Notes: generated from the letters alone by a model not told the origin. A DNA stretch of 64,000 nucleotides from Sminthopsis crassicaudata (GCF_048593235.1 NC_133619.1:454301644-454365643), one strand, 5' to 3'. Positions 25,035 through 37,996 are shown, numbered from the stretch's first letter. A program made the numbers and translations.

Positions 25035-25708
25035 CTGCAATGTCATTCTGTGAGATCAATTCTTGGGTTAGTTTAATTCAATATTTTTGTCAATGACTTG
25101 GATAAATATATTATAGAGATCAATCTATATCACCAAATCTAATCAACAAAAACTACAAAACTGGAACAGCAAATGCATTAAATAGAATAACTGGAATAGC
25201 CATAAGACAGAAAACTAGGCTGATAACAGCAAAACTAAATTTAATAGAGATGAATATTAAGGCCAATGCTTGTTTAAAAAAAAACAATTGTAGAAATACA
25301 GAATGAAGAACACATGGCTATAAGGAACTTTTTGTAGAAAACAAGAATCCAAGGGATCAAAGAACTATAGGCTCAATGTTTCTCCATAGTATGATAGAGC
25401 AGTTGAAAGAGTAATGTGATCACAACTTACATGTACTGAAGTACAGCATCCAATAGAAGGGAGAGTATAGTTGCACTAACTCTAATACTATCACTCCATG
25501 TATGAAAGATTTTGCCTATTACTGAATATCACATTTTAAAAAGGATACAAACAAAATGAGTACATCCAAAGAAAGACAACTAGGATAATAAGGATACTAA
25601 AAATGATACTATAAAAAGATCATATTAAAGAACTTGAAATGCTTAAGCTGAAAAAATATACTAAATTAAAATTTAGCTAGTATCTAAATAGCACTTTAAA
25701 GTTTTTAA

Positions 25709-25767
<59 letters not shown>

Positions 25768-26190
25768 TACATATATATATGTTATTTCACTTGGTCCTCA
25801 TAATCACCCTATGAGGTAAGTGCTCTTGTTACTATTCCCACTTTACAGATGAGAAAACTGAGGATAAGAGTGGATAAGTTATGTCTTCCTAAGCACTTTT
25901 ACTCATTAAAACAACTATGTATTGTGAATGAGAGATTAAGCTTGTTTTATTTGACCCTACAGGGTAGAATCAGGACTAATAGATGAAAGTTATAAGCAGA
26001 TTTTAGCATAGCATAAAAGACAATTATCTAATAATTAGAGCTGTTCAAAAAATGAAATTAACTATCTTGGAAGAAGAATGCATTACTTATACCAGGAGAT
26101 ATTAATGGAGAAATTAGATAACCCCCAGAAGAATTCATATTTTAGAGAGTTTGGACAAGTTATCCTCTAAAGTCCCTCCTAATTTACTGG
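25035..26190 (+). mobile_element. L3/CR1 RT C-terminus and 3' end, split by a MIR and (AT)n
   Basis: ttcaatatttttgtcaatgacttggat (FNIFVNDLD), acattttaaaaaggatacaaacaaa (HFKKD..K), aattagagctgttcaaaaa. Confidence 0.75.
25680..25875 (-). mobile_element. MIR SINE containing (AT)27 at 25711-25764
   Basis: cataatcaccctatgaggtaagtg...ttcccactttacagatgagaaaactgagg. Confidence 0.8.
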
Positions 26191-26339
26191 ATTTGATTTT
26201 ATAGCCAAAGATATTATATGTATGGATAGAACTAAGTTACAGAATAAAAAAGACTCAGAGGAATTAAAAAACAAACATTTAAAGTGTCTTCATTGTGCTT
26301 TATTTGCTAAGACAAGAGAATATGTATCAGAACAAAATA

Positions 26340-26765
26340 ATTTCAATATGTATTGTATGACAATATACAGTAGCAACAATATTGTTTTATGAACTTTTAG
26401 TGAAATTTTGACTATTATAAATGTCCAAATTAACTAAAAAGGACATATGAATGAAAACACTGTCTACATACAAATAAAGAATTAATAAACAGAAGTATGA
26501 TAAATATATATATATATGTATATATATATACATTTTTTTCTAAAAGGAGCCATCTCTAATATGAGGGAAGGGAGAGGAGAAAAATTTGTTAGATATTTAT
26601 TTTAGAATTTTATTTTATTATTATATTTAACTTTATTATATATTTAAAAGGAATAGCAAGTTGTACATAAAAGATTTGCAGTTTCATGTACAATCATTTT
26701 TTAAAAAATTATATTATTATAAAAATACCTGTTTTATTTCACAAATTAAAAATAAAACAAATAAA
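26340..26765 (+). mobile_element. Old marsupial L1 3' UTR
   Basis: acagtagcaacaatattg...attataaatgtccaaattaac..aaggacatatgaa (same family as 35045-35540), ending in an A-rich tail. Confidence 0.7.
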
Positions 26766-26984
26766 TATGGGAAAAGTTATGGCTTGAAATGGAGAGGGTT
26801 TTCTGGTTAATGCTCAATATTCCATTAATTACAAAATACCATTCCAAGAGTATTACATTCAGGTTTAATAGTTTTGTGTTATAGAGAATGTACTATACTA
26901 TAAAATTTTAGATTAAAGCATGAGTGTAAGTTAAAAAAAATTTAACAATTGATTCTTTAACATTAGAATTGAAGTTATAATTAA

Positions 26985-28380
26985 CTGTGGCTCCCTGTTA
27001 CCTCTAGGATAAAATATAAATTGATGTTTTAGCACTTCACATTATGGTTCTAATCTATATTTATAAACTGATTTCACATTACTGTTTTTCACATACATTA
27101 TATTCCAGCAAAACTAGTCTACTTACAATTCTCTGTGCACAATTCATACTCATATATAGTATTCTGTCTCCCATTTTTCTATCTTAGTATTTGTTAAGAA
27201 TGTTGATCTCTCTACTACCACACACCTCTCAGATTGGCTAAGATGACAAAAAAAGATAATGACAAGTGTTGGAGGGGATATGGGAAAACTGGGACACTAG
27301 TACATTGTTGGCAGAGATGTGAACTGATCCAACCATTCTGGAGAGCAATTTGGAACTATGCCCAAAGGCTATCAAACTGTGCATACTCTTTGATTCAGTA
27401 GTTTCTCAAAGAGATAATAAAAAAGAGGAAAGGATCTAGGTGTACAAAAAAAATGTTTGCAGCAGCCCTTTTTGTATTGGCAAGAAACTAGAAGCTGAGT
27501 GGATGCCCTTCAGTTGGAGAATGGCTGAATAAATTATGGTACATGAATGTTATGGAATATTATTGTTTGGTAAGAAACAACCAGCAGGATGATTTCAGAA
27601 AGGCCTGAAGAGACTTCCATGAACTGATGCTAAATGAAGTGAGAAGAACCAGGAAAATGTTGTGCACAGCAACAGCAAGATTATGTAATGATCAATTCTG
27701 AAGGATGTGGCTCTTTTCAACTATGAGGTGATTCAAATCAGTTCCAATGGTCTTGTGATAGAGAGAGCCATTTGTACCCAGAGAGAGAACTTTGGTGACT
27801 AAGTGTGGATCACAACATTATATTTTCACTTTTTTGTTGTTGTTTGCTTGCATTTTATTTTCTTTTTCATTTTCCCCCTTTTTGATTTGATTTTTCTTGT
27901 GCAGCATGATATTTGTGGAAATATGTATCGAAGAATTGAAATTATTTAACATATATTGGATTACTTTCTGTCTAGGGGAGGGAATGGGATGAAGAGAGGG
28001 AAAAACTTTGAAACACAAGATTTTCCAAGGGTAAATGTTGAAAATTATCCATGCATATGTTTTGAAAATAAAAAAGGTTTAATAAAAAAAAATAGTTGAC
28101 CTCACTTTTGAATTTAAAATCTCTATCTTCCTTCAGGATTTAGATCAAATGCCATTTCCAACATAAGTTATTTCTTAATCCCCCTAGTCTTAGTATTCTC
28201 CTTATCCTGAATCTAAGCAATACATAGTTTATATTTGTTTATATTCTCCCCAGTAGAATATGTTTATAAGTTTCTTAACCGTAGGTACTCTTTAAAAAAA
28301 TCTGAATATTCTTGGTTCCTAACAAAATGTCTGGCACTTATAGACATTTAATAAATAGAACTGTATCTAACTGCATTGAG
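26985..28380 (+). mobile_element. L2 3' fragment split by an L1 (27213-28092)
   Basis: ggctccctgttacctctaggataaaatataaa... before the L1; ...gatcaaatgccatttcc...gtctggcacttatagacatttaataaa after it. Confidence 0.7.
27213..28092 (+). mobile_element. 5'-truncated marsupial L1 (ORF2 C-terminus, 3' UTR, A tail)
   Basis: acacacctctcagattggctaagatgac...ccaaccattctggagagcaatttggaactatgccc...aataaaaaaaaa. Degenerate TSD aagaatgttgatctc / aaaaatagttgacctc. Confidence 0.9.
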
Positions 28381-29199
28381 TTGGGTTGATAATCAAAGGA
28401 TATTTATAAATTCATCATATAATATAGATCTATTTTTGAAAAAAGTAAAAAAATAGTTTTTTGAAAGAAAAAGTTCTACTTAGCTAGAAAAAAGCAAGTT
28501 AGTCATCAAGCTAGAAACTGCTTATGAATTAGTTTCTTTTTGCATAATGCAATATTTAAACCATGCCTATAAAATACAATATGCTATTTTCTTTTAATTT
28601 AAAATAATAAATATAATTTAAAGAACCAAGAAAAGTAGTTTTCAAAGAAATATAATAAATAGCCTTGGTAAATACTTTTAAAATCACTATCCAACATTGT
28701 TTCATCTCAATTAATTATAAAAGGAAAAAGAATATTGTACAATTAATAAATAGGACTTCACTGAAATTCAAGTTTTATAATATTTAAATTGTGTCATTTA
28801 TTTAATCTTTCTTCTAAGGTAGCCAAATCATTTACTTCCTTTGATATTTTTCCCTGAGAAATAAATAAATGACAAAGCAATATGAAATCACTTCTATGTG
28901 TACTCTTCAAATTGATGGTACTCTCCCCATTCCAAATGCTGGGGGAAAAAAAAAGTTATATCTCATTACTACTCTGAGTACTAGTAATTTCTGTAACAGT
29001 TTAAGTTATACACTTTGCACTTCCAATTGTTCGATAACTTTTAGACATATATTGTCACTGCTTATATTTGGACTACACCTCACCTCTCAATCCTTTCCTC
29101 ACTTAAATACCTCCTCCAACCCAAATTCAATGAATAATTTTCATATCATACCATATATGCTTTTGAAGTATTGAGATATAATGGAAAGCATTCAGACCA

Positions 29200-29455
29200 A
29201 TTCAATATTTTTATGTATTTATGACCTTATCATGGCAGATTTTTTTTCTACCAATCAGGTAAATTGCAAATCATCTACGTTTTCTCCATCCATCTTGTTC
29301 ATGACCTTGCATAAGTCCTTCACAGAAAATATGACAACAAAATGAAGAGTTTCCATTAAGTTAGCGTTAGTCTTTTCAGAAATGAGGACCCTTAATTTTT
29401 TTTGTTTACTTTTCCCTATTGTCTCATGATATTCTACTAGCATCTGCTAACTGAT
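29200..29455 (-). mobile_element. Decayed CR1-type RT fragment
   Basis: Minus frame EKTNANLME...KVMNKMDGENVD resembles CR1 KSC.TNL.EF..KVT..MD.G..VD..YLDF. Confidence 0.45.
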
Positions 29456-29486
29456 AAAATACATAATTACAAAAAAAGCTGTTGTT

Positions 29487-29630
29487 GGGGGCAGCTAGGT
29501 GGTGCAGTGGATAGAGCACCAGCCCTGAATTCAGAAGGACCCAAGTTCGAATCTGATCTCAGCCACTTAACACTTCCTAGCTGTGTGACTCTGGGCAAGT
29601 TACTTAACCCCAGCCTCAGGGGGGAGGGGG
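29487..29630 (+). mobile_element. WSINE1-type tRNA-derived SINE, young
   Basis: ggggcagctaggtggtgcagtggatagagcacc (A box)...gttcgaatc (B box)...ttaaccccagcctcagg. Perfect 11-bp TSD AAAGCTGTTGT at 29475-29485 and 29631-29641. Confidence 0.92.
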
Positions 29631-29700
29631 AAAGCTGTTGTCAATTTTGTATCACTTTTTAGAGGATTCATATTTTATCTATTACAAGAATATTTACATA

Positions 29701-30283
29701 AAGGCATATCTTACAGATATTGCAGATTTAGTGATTTAGTTCTAGACCATTGGAAAGTGAATATCACAATAAAGTGAATCACAAGAATTTTTGGGTTTTC
29801 CAGTGCATATAATAGATATGTTTATACTATACTGCAATGTATTAAGTGTGAAATAGTAGTGTCTTTTAAAATGTACATACTTTATTTAAAAATATATTAC
29901 TGCTAAAAAAAAATACTAAACATCACCTGAGTAAATCCTAATCTTTTTTGCTGGTGGAGGGTCTTGCCTCAGTGTTGATCAGGGTGGTGGTTGCTGAAGG
30001 CTGCTTCTTCAANNNNNNNNNNNNNNNNNNNNNNNNNNNNNNNNNNNNNNNNNNNNNNNNNNNNNNNNNNNNNNNNNNNNNNNNNNNNNNNNNNNNNNNN
30101 NNNNNNNNNNNNNNNNNNNNNNNNNNNNNNNNNNNNNNNNNNNNNNTCCCCCCAGTCCAAGGATCGGGATAAATTGGCAAGTGGAGCAGTCAAAAAACAC
30201 ATAACATTTATCGATTAAGTTTACCATCTTATATAGCCTTGTTCATGGCACCCCAAAACAATTACAATAGTAACATCAAAGAT
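29701..30283 (+). mobile_element. Tigger3/Golem-like Tc1-mariner relic (left TIR present, 3' truncated, spans a gap)
   Basis: TA followed by aaggcatatct.acagatattgcag (TIR). Internal blocks aatcttttttgctggtggagggtcttgcctc, acatttatcgattaagtt and ggcaccccaaaacaattacaatagtaacatcaaagat match my recall of Tigger3. Confidence 0.8.
30013..30146. other. Assembly gap (134 N)
   Basis: Run of N. Confidence 1.
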
Positions 30284-31940
30284 TCCTAACCCACAAGTGT
30301 GTAGATAGAAAAGCAAGCAAGCCAAAAAAGAAATTAAACATTCTATAATCAAAATGACCAAGTTTAACTTTGGAAAAGTGTTGAGAAAATATATCTCCAT
30401 TTCCTCTTTTAGGAAAATAATATGTGTTGTTCTATGAGTAGAAAATAAAGCATAAACTGTCAGGGTAGATATATTGATTGGACTTATGGAAATGTTTTGT
30501 CTTTATTTTTGTCATAAAGGTATCATTTAGTGAGTTGTGGAAGAGAAAGGAATGTATTTGGAAGCAAATGATGCCAAAAATATATCAATAATTTTTTTAA
30601 ATAAAAAAAATATTCCTATAATTCTTTAAAATTTTATAGCCTAAAGCAAAGATTTCTTCACTCTATGTTTGATCTGGCCCAAGTTGCTCTTTCTAAGTTA
30701 ATTTTTTAAAAATTCCACTTCTGTTTCTTCCTATAAGACATCAGATTTGAAGAGAATGAATTTCAATAATGAAATCATATCACTGCAGAAGTACTGGTCA
30801 ATCTGTTCTAGTTTCTATCTATTTGCTATCCTCTTTCCAGTTTTATCTACAAATGTTCTTTAGGAAAATACAACTGAAATGAGCTCATACCAAGCTCTCT
30901 ATACACTTTTTCCTCTTACTGATTTTGACAATTTTGTGAGTTATTTGCCTATGTAAAAATTTTTCGAATAAGTTTGTACTATAAACCAGTGTTGTCTTTG
31001 GCTGCCATGTCTAGCTGGTTGGCAAGAAGATAAAATATTTCTTGGCTGAGATAGCATATGGACTCTTTTAGTTTCTGCATTATGGTGACTACTTTGCATC
31101 TCTTCAACTTTTCTTTTAAAATGGTAATAATCAAAATCAATATCTTTATTTTTTATCTATTTCCCATTTTCATAATTGAAAAATTTAAACAGGTCAGGCT
31201 GTGGTGTTTTGTTTTTCCTCCTTTATTAAATGAGACTATATTAGATAACCACTAAAATCCCTGTTAGCTATAAATTTATGATTTTTTCCCATGATTTTAT
31301 ATATAGACTTCATCTTACATTTATTATTTCCCCTAATTTATGTTTGGTGATTGCTCTAATATAATACAATCATATACAGATGGAAGATTCAAAATTGATC
31401 CATGTAATAATTAGATATTATATCCAAAGATATGGTCTATCTTACTTTTTTTCTAAAGACATTCAATGCTCTCTATATCCAGAATTTTATGTCTCTCTTT
31501 GAAGAAAATATTTACAAGATATAAACATAAGGATAAAAAGTCTATGTCTTTGACCTTTTTAATTTCTTAATCACAAATCATATTTGCCAAAATAATTTTT
31601 GCTATCATCCCCCTATACCTACCTTCCAATTAAAATAATTTATTATCAGGGTATATATGTACTTTGGAGGATCTTATCAAATCCTTCATTGAATTTTTCT
31701 ACTTCAATAGCTGTAAAAGATGTGTTGGTCCATAAACTTCATTTCTCATCATGGTGTCTTTTGGGATTATGCTATTCCTGAACATTAACAATGCAAAGTA
31801 AGATGAACAGGTTTCCCATGAAATGATATTTCAGTATTTAGCTCACTTTCTTCTTCTCATCATCTTCTATAGGTTCAATTATCTCTGAAAAAATATATAT
31901 ATATACAACACCAGTCTCTCTCATGAGTTCTACTCTCACA

Positions 31941-32198
31941 TTGCTGTTGTTTAGTCATTTTTAATTGTGTCCAACTCTTTGTGACTTATTTTGGAGTTTC
32001 CTTGGCAAAGATACTGGAGTAATTTTCCATTTTCTTCTTCATCCTATTTTACAGAAATTGAAATGAAAGCAAACAGGTTTAGGTGACTTGCCCATTGTCA
32101 CACATCTAGTAAGTGTCTGAGGTTGGATTTGAATTCAGAAAAAGGAGTCTTCCTGACTCCAGGCCTGGAACTCTATACACTGTGTCACCTTGCTGCCC
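31941..32198 (-). mobile_element. Mar1-like SINE, near full length
   Basis: ttgctgttgtttagtcattt...ccttggcaaagatactggag...ggtgacttgcccattgtcacac...gtcttcctgactccaggcc...ctgccc. Confidence 0.85.
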
Positions 32199-32199
32199 T

Positions 32200-33030
32200 A
32201 ATTCCACCCTTCCAATTGCCTTTGGATATCCAAATTAGATCTCAAATTCCACATGACTAAAAGAGAAAACATTATTCTGTCCCTCTTCAATATCTCTCAT
32301 TTTCTGTTATGTACCACCATTCTTCTAGTGACCTACATTTGCAACCTCAGAGTCATCTTCAATTCTTCATTCACCTTCTCTTCTCCATACTGATATCTAA
32401 TTAACTGCAAATTTTTGTTGATTTTTACCTTTCTAACATCTCTTACAAGCAATCTCTTCTCTCAAGCACCCATATAGTACTTAATTCAGATTCTGAGTCC
32501 CTTTCACCTGGACCAGGGCAATCTCCTCCTAAACAGTATCTCTATCCCCAGCCTCATTCATCTCCAGTGTCTTCCAGACAGTCACCAAAATAATATTCTT
32601 TAAAACACAGGACTAACCATGTAACAATCCTGCTCAAAAATATTTAGTGTCTCTTCATTGTTTCTAAAATGCTGTACAAATTCTTTAGTCTATCTTTTAA
32701 AGCCCTAGTTCCAAATCCGATCTAGTTCCAAACAACCATTCCCAATTTCTTTTATATTATTCCTTTACAAATTCTATATTTTAGTCAATTGGGCTATTAT
32801 TTCTTCCTTGAACTCAACATCCCACATCTTGACTCTGCATCTACACAGATATTCTTCATGCTTGGAATTCACCCTTTCCTCATTTTAAAATACTTCTGCT
32901 AAGGTGCCAAGTCCCATATAATACTCTTCCTAATAAGTAAGAGGAGAATGTTCTGTTCCTCCTCAGCTTGCATAGTATTATAGGGACTGCTTCATTTTTT
33001 CTCCTTTGTTTCCATAACACATTGCCTTAT
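32200..33030 (+). mobile_element. L2 LINE fragment
   Basis: ctcaaattccacatgactaaa, aacctcagagtcatcttc, ataatattctttaaaacacagg, tcatgcttggaattc. Confidence 0.75.
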
Positions 33031-33195
33031 ACTTAGATTTGAAAGCTATTTGTTAAATTTAATTTGAAAATTTCGTGTTGTCATTGGGCCCACAGTGAAA
33101 CTAAGTCCTTCATATGACTCTCTCAGGGGAATACTTATGATCTATCTTTTTAGATACTCTTTCTTTATGCCTTTTTTTTCATATAAGTGGCAGAG

Positions 33196-33390
33196 TAGGC
33201 AATTAGGTGATGTACCAGATAAAATGCTGGACTTGCAGTCAGGAAAAACTGAATTCAAATCCTGTTTCAAGCACTTGCTGGTTATAGGATCCTGGGCAAA
33301 CAACCTAATTCTCTATGCTTCAATTTCACCACTTGTAAAATGAGGAGATTCAACTGCAAGCCTTCTAAGGTCTCTTCCAGGTCTAAGTCA
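33196..33390 (+). mobile_element. MIR3-type SINE
   Basis: ggcaattaggtg...ctggacttgcagtcaggaaaaactgaattcaaatcc...tctaaggtctcttccaggtctaa. Confidence 0.8.
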
Positions 33391-34355
33391 GTCAATTAGT
33401 GTGCTAACTACTATGCTAAGTGCTAGGTCTATGACTGAAATTTCTGATCCTATGATATATCTATTCATTTGTACTATACAAAGATCTCACACCAAGGTTA
33501 GTGTTTAGCTGGTCTAAAACTTGTGAGATTCTTAGCACTGTCTATGTTCTCTTTCACCACTTTGCCACCATCACTGCAGAATGGCACCATCAGTAATGGG
33601 GGTTATTTTTAGCTATTTCTTTTGTTACTTGGCAGACACAGCTTTCTATGTGATGAGCTTTCATGCTTAACATGCTTAAGTTGGTCCTTACTTAAGAGAC
33701 ATAATTTCTCACTGAGCCTATAATCAAGGTCTGTCCAAAATGGTAGCACCTACAAGAGCTTAGAATCTACGACTATTTTTTAAAATTATAAAGTCAGATC
33801 AATGTCATAATGGAGAGTGGGATTTTTAAGGAGACACAAAAATAGAGCTGTACGAGCAAAAACTTATTACTATAATTTATAATGGCGAACTATAAACACC
33901 ACTGAAGATTTCAAATAAAGGTTGGAGAACCATTTGTTGAGGATGTGGCAGAGAAAAATTTTTTCATGTAGGTGTTAGATTAAAGAGATTCTTGGGTCCC
34001 TTTTATGTCTGTAATTTCAATAACCTTCAGGCCATAATTAGATACCACAGATAAACATCAAGGGGAAAAAAGAACAACAGTTTTTAAAGGGAAATAAGAG
34101 AAATAAACCAATCAGAAGAAATCCAGAGTGGAGAGTAGGGCTGAGTGAAGAGATAGGCTGTAGGAATAACTATTCTTGTACCCAGGAATAGGGAGAGGAA
34201 GAAAGAGGTCTGTCTTTGACTCTTGGTAGAGGTTGGTGCATAAGACTGCAGTGATAGATTACCAAAGGGAACTCAGAAATAACAGTTTATGCATAATAAA
34301 GTTCAAGACTGAGATGACTGTAGAGCTGGCTCCTCCCAGGAAGTAAGAATATCTT

Positions 34356-34896
34356 TTTTTTTTCTTTTCTTTTTTTCTTTTTTTTTATTAATTTTTATAA
34401 TTATAACATTTTCTTTGACAGTGCATATGCATAGGTAATTTTTTTTTACAACATTATCCCTTGTACTCCCTTCTGTTCCAAATTTTTCCCCTCCTTCCCT
34501 CCACCCCCTCCCCTAGATGGCGGGCATTCCCAATCATATTAAATATTTTATAGTATATCCTAGGTACAATATATATGTGCAGAACCGAATTCTGTTGTTG
34601 TTGTTGCAAAGGAAGGATTGTATTCGGAAGGTAAAAATAATCTGGGAAGAGAAACAAAAACAATGCTCACAGTTTACACTCATTTCCCAGTGTTCCTTTT
34701 CTGGGTGTAGCTGATTCTGTCCATCATTGATCAATTGGAATTGGATTAGCTCTTGAAGATATCCACTTCCATCAGAATACATCCTCATACAGTATCATTG
34801 TTGAAGTGTATAATGATCCCCTAGTTCTCCTCTTTTCACTCAGCATCAGTTGATGTCTCTCCAACCTTCTCTGTATTCCTCCTGTTGGTCATTTCT
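34356..34896 (-). mobile_element. Young 5'-truncated L1 3' UTR with TSD
   Basis: T-rich tail at 34356-34388 and the reversed dasyurid-type L1 3' UTR. 16-bp TSD GAAGTAAGAA(T/C)ATCTT at 34340-34355 and 34897-34912. Confidence 0.92.
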
Positions 34897-35044
34897 GAAG
34901 TAAGAACATCTTATGGGCTAACCCTGGGCCAAATTCTCACTGGCCTTGAATTAGTTACAACTATCAAAGTCCCTTTTGTCCTATTTCTACCAATAACCTA
35001 ACATGTTAATCTTACACAAATCGCTGAACTTAATAGTTGAACAT

Positions 35045-35540
35045 TATGGCTTAGGATGGTGATGGAATACTACATATATAGTACATTATATAATGAATAC
35101 AATGACCTTGGGGAAAAAATGGAAAGATTTACATGAAATAAGAAAGAGCGAAATGAGTAGAACCAAGAGAACACTGTATACAGTAACAGCAACATAGTTT
35201 TAAGAATAACTTTGAACAAATAAGCTACTATTATAAATATTCAAATTAACTATGAAGGACATATGAAGAAAGATATGTGTAGCCAGAGGCAGAACTGATA
35301 GAGGTATGTATAGAATAATGTTACATATATGTGTGTGTGTGTGTGTGTCTTATGGTGGCCATCTCTAACATATAATGAGGAAAAAACAAAAAAAGAAATT
35401 TACATGTTATCTGTTATATATTTAAAAGAAAAACCAAATGCACACAGTAGATTTGCATTCTCATGTTCAATTATCTTTTTTATTATACTTTATAGAAAAG
35501 ATCTTATACTCTAAAATTTAAAAATTAAAATTTTTAAAGA
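35045..35540 (+). mobile_element. Old marsupial L1 3' UTR
   Basis: gatggaatactac...gaaatgagtagaaccaagagaacactgtatacagtaacagcaac. Confidence 0.8.
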
Positions 35541-36204
35541 CTCATTGAACCTGAGTGGATTTCTGTTTACTTTTCTTTAATGTAGTACTCACAAGAGCCT
35601 CAATGGCATATACTGTAGGAGTGAGGAAGAAGAATATTAGGGCTTTTAAAAAGTTAAACATATTATATAAATGAAAGATGTTTCAAGAAGGATTTCTAAA
35701 TGACTTTCATTGTCATCTGATATGCACTACAATTAAGAAAATTAACCCCCAGAAAATATAAAGGGCATTTTATTAACATTTTAAGGAAACAGAGAATTGC
35801 TTTAAGTACTTTATAAGTTGATGCCAGCCAGCATTCTAAATTTCAGAACCAATTGTCTGGCTTGTTCCACATCTACTTAAAGCCCAAGCATTCTTTTTTT
35901 CAACCTGATACAAATAAAATACTACAATCATCATATTGTACAGTGTCTCCTGACCAGATTTGCCTTTCAGTCTTCTTTTTCTAAAGAAATGCCCCTTTAC
36001 ATTCCCTTGCATGAAACCAAAGACTTGCCATCCTGTTTGAAGTTTCTTTCAGATTCTGATAGACTTTGGTGCCACCAAAATGCACTAATGATTTTCACAA
36101 GATATGATATAAAAGAAGGAACAACAAGGTTTAGAAAGTTCTCATATTTTTCATTGAAACATGTACAAAGGAGGTTAACTGCATATTCACTAATTAAGAA
36201 AAAA

Positions 36205-36385
36205 GTGGACTAGTATAGAGAATTTCCAGGTGAAGAAACTCCCTCTATTCATGCAGCTCAGCACTTCTTGGCAAAGGCAATAAGTTAAGTGATTTGCCCA
36301 CAGGTACTATAAATCAGAACAGAGACTTGAATCTAGCTTTCCCCAGCTTTGAGAACATAGCTGTAATCACTATGCTATATGACCT
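36205..36385 (-). mobile_element. Mar3/WALLSI4-like SINE
   Basis: gtatagagaatttccaggtgaagaaactccct...ttaagtgatttgccc. Confidence 0.6.
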
Positions 36386-36559
36386 CTGATCAAGAGCAAA
36401 CTATTCATATTTTAAATTGTGCATAATCTAATCATCCTCTGAATTTGCCAGTGACCTTTCATCTAAACTAGTTGTATTTAATTATCTTGTATATATTAAC
36501 ATTTTAAAACTTTGTTTATGCTGCATATATTTTTTACATGTACTTGTTTTACCTTTTTC

Positions 36560-36760
36560 ATGTAGTCCCTCCTTCCCTTATGTATTTATTCTCCCTCCCT
36601 TGAGTATTCCTTCTTTCCCTTACATTTATTGTTTTCCTCCATTAGAATATGAGCTCATTGTAAGTGTTATGGCATTCTTTGTATTTATTATCTGGACAAC
36701 TAACACAGTACTGAGCACAAAGTAGGCATTTAATAAATATTTGTTGATTAATTAATTGGT
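36560..36760 (+). mobile_element. L2 3' end
   Basis: cattagaatatgagctc...acacagtactgagcacaaagtaggcatttaataaatatttgttgatt. Confidence 0.8.
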
Positions 36761-36864
36761 TTCAGCATGCAAGCAAAGATGTTCCTGAAACCCTAACTGA
36801 ATGCCTGTAAAAAGTTTCATCAATTCTTTAACATCATTTTCTTCCAGCAAGAATCTTGTATTTC

Positions 36865-37635
36865 AAATCTGAGGACCTAAATTCAAATTCTGTCTATGCT
36901 ACTTACTACTTGTGGAACTTTGTAGAATTTTCTTAATATCTCTGGGCCTCAGTTTCCTCTTTTTAAAATAAGCAGCCTGAGAAACTGGAAAATGAATGGA
37001 TGCCCATCAATTGGAGAATGGCTGAGTAAATTATGGTATGTGAATGTAATGGAATATTATTGTTCTGTAAGAAATGACTAACAGGATGAATACAGAGAGG
37101 CTTGGAGAGACTTACATGAACTTATGCTGAGTGAAATGAGCAGAATGAGGACATCATTATACACTTCAACAACAATATTATATGAGGATCAATTTTGATG
37201 GAAGTGGCTATCTTTGACAATGAGAGGATTCAATCAGTCCTTATTGATTAGTGATGAACAGAACCAGCTTCACCCAGTGAAAGAACACTGGGAAATGAGT
37301 ATGGACTGATTGCATTTTTGTTTTTCTTCTCAGGTTACTTTTACCTTTTTAAATCTGATTTTTCTTGTGCAACAATAGAACTGTATAAATATGTACACAT
37401 ATATTGTATTTAAGATATACTTTAACATGTTTAACATGTAGGAGACTGCCTGCCATCTAGGGGAGGGGGTGGAGGGAAGGAAGAGAAAAGTTGGAATGGA
37501 AGTTTTTGCAAGGGTCAATGTTGAAAAATTACCCATGCATAGCTTCTGTCAATAAAAAGCTATAATAATAATAATTTTTAAAAAGAGCCTGGATGATATG
37601 ACTTCTGTCCTTAAAGTTCCAGTTCTATGATACTT
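36865..37635 (+). mobile_element. MIR3-type SINE split by an L1
   Basis: Head (gaggacctaaattcaaattc...ctctgggcctcagtttcctc) before 36980; tail (ggatgatatgac...ttccagttctatgat) after 37585. Confidence 0.6.
36980..37585 (+). mobile_element. 5'-truncated L1 3' UTR
   Basis: gaaactggaaaatgaatggatgcccatcaattggagaatggctgagtaaattatgg...caataaaaagctataataata. Confidence 0.9.
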
Positions 37636-37752
37636 TACCACTAGCCAGACTAAAGATTGGATGAGAAGATGAATTTTGAATTTCTAAAGTACCTTCCAGC
37701 TCTTAAAGTAGGATTTTATATTTACAAAAAGTTTCATATAATAATGACTATA

Positions 37753-37895
37753 GGGGCAGCTAGATGGCTCAGTGGATAGAATACCAGCCCTAAGTCAGAG
37801 GACCTGAGTTCAAATGTGACCTCAGACACTTAACACTTTCTAGCTATGTGACCCTGGGTAAGTCACTTAATCCCAATTGTTACAGGAAAAAAAAA
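37753..37895 (+). mobile_element. WSINE1-type SINE
   Basis: ggggcagctagatggctcagtggatag...gagttcaaatgtgacctcagacacttaacac...cccaattg, then an A tail. Confidence 0.9.
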
Positions 37896-37994
37896 TTCCT
37901 ATAAGTATGCACTTATGGTTGAAGAAGAAAAGATAGTCCAAATTCACTCTTATTTTTGTCTTTGAAGATATAAGAAAAAAAGTAGATACAATAT

Positions 37995-37996
<2 letters not shown>

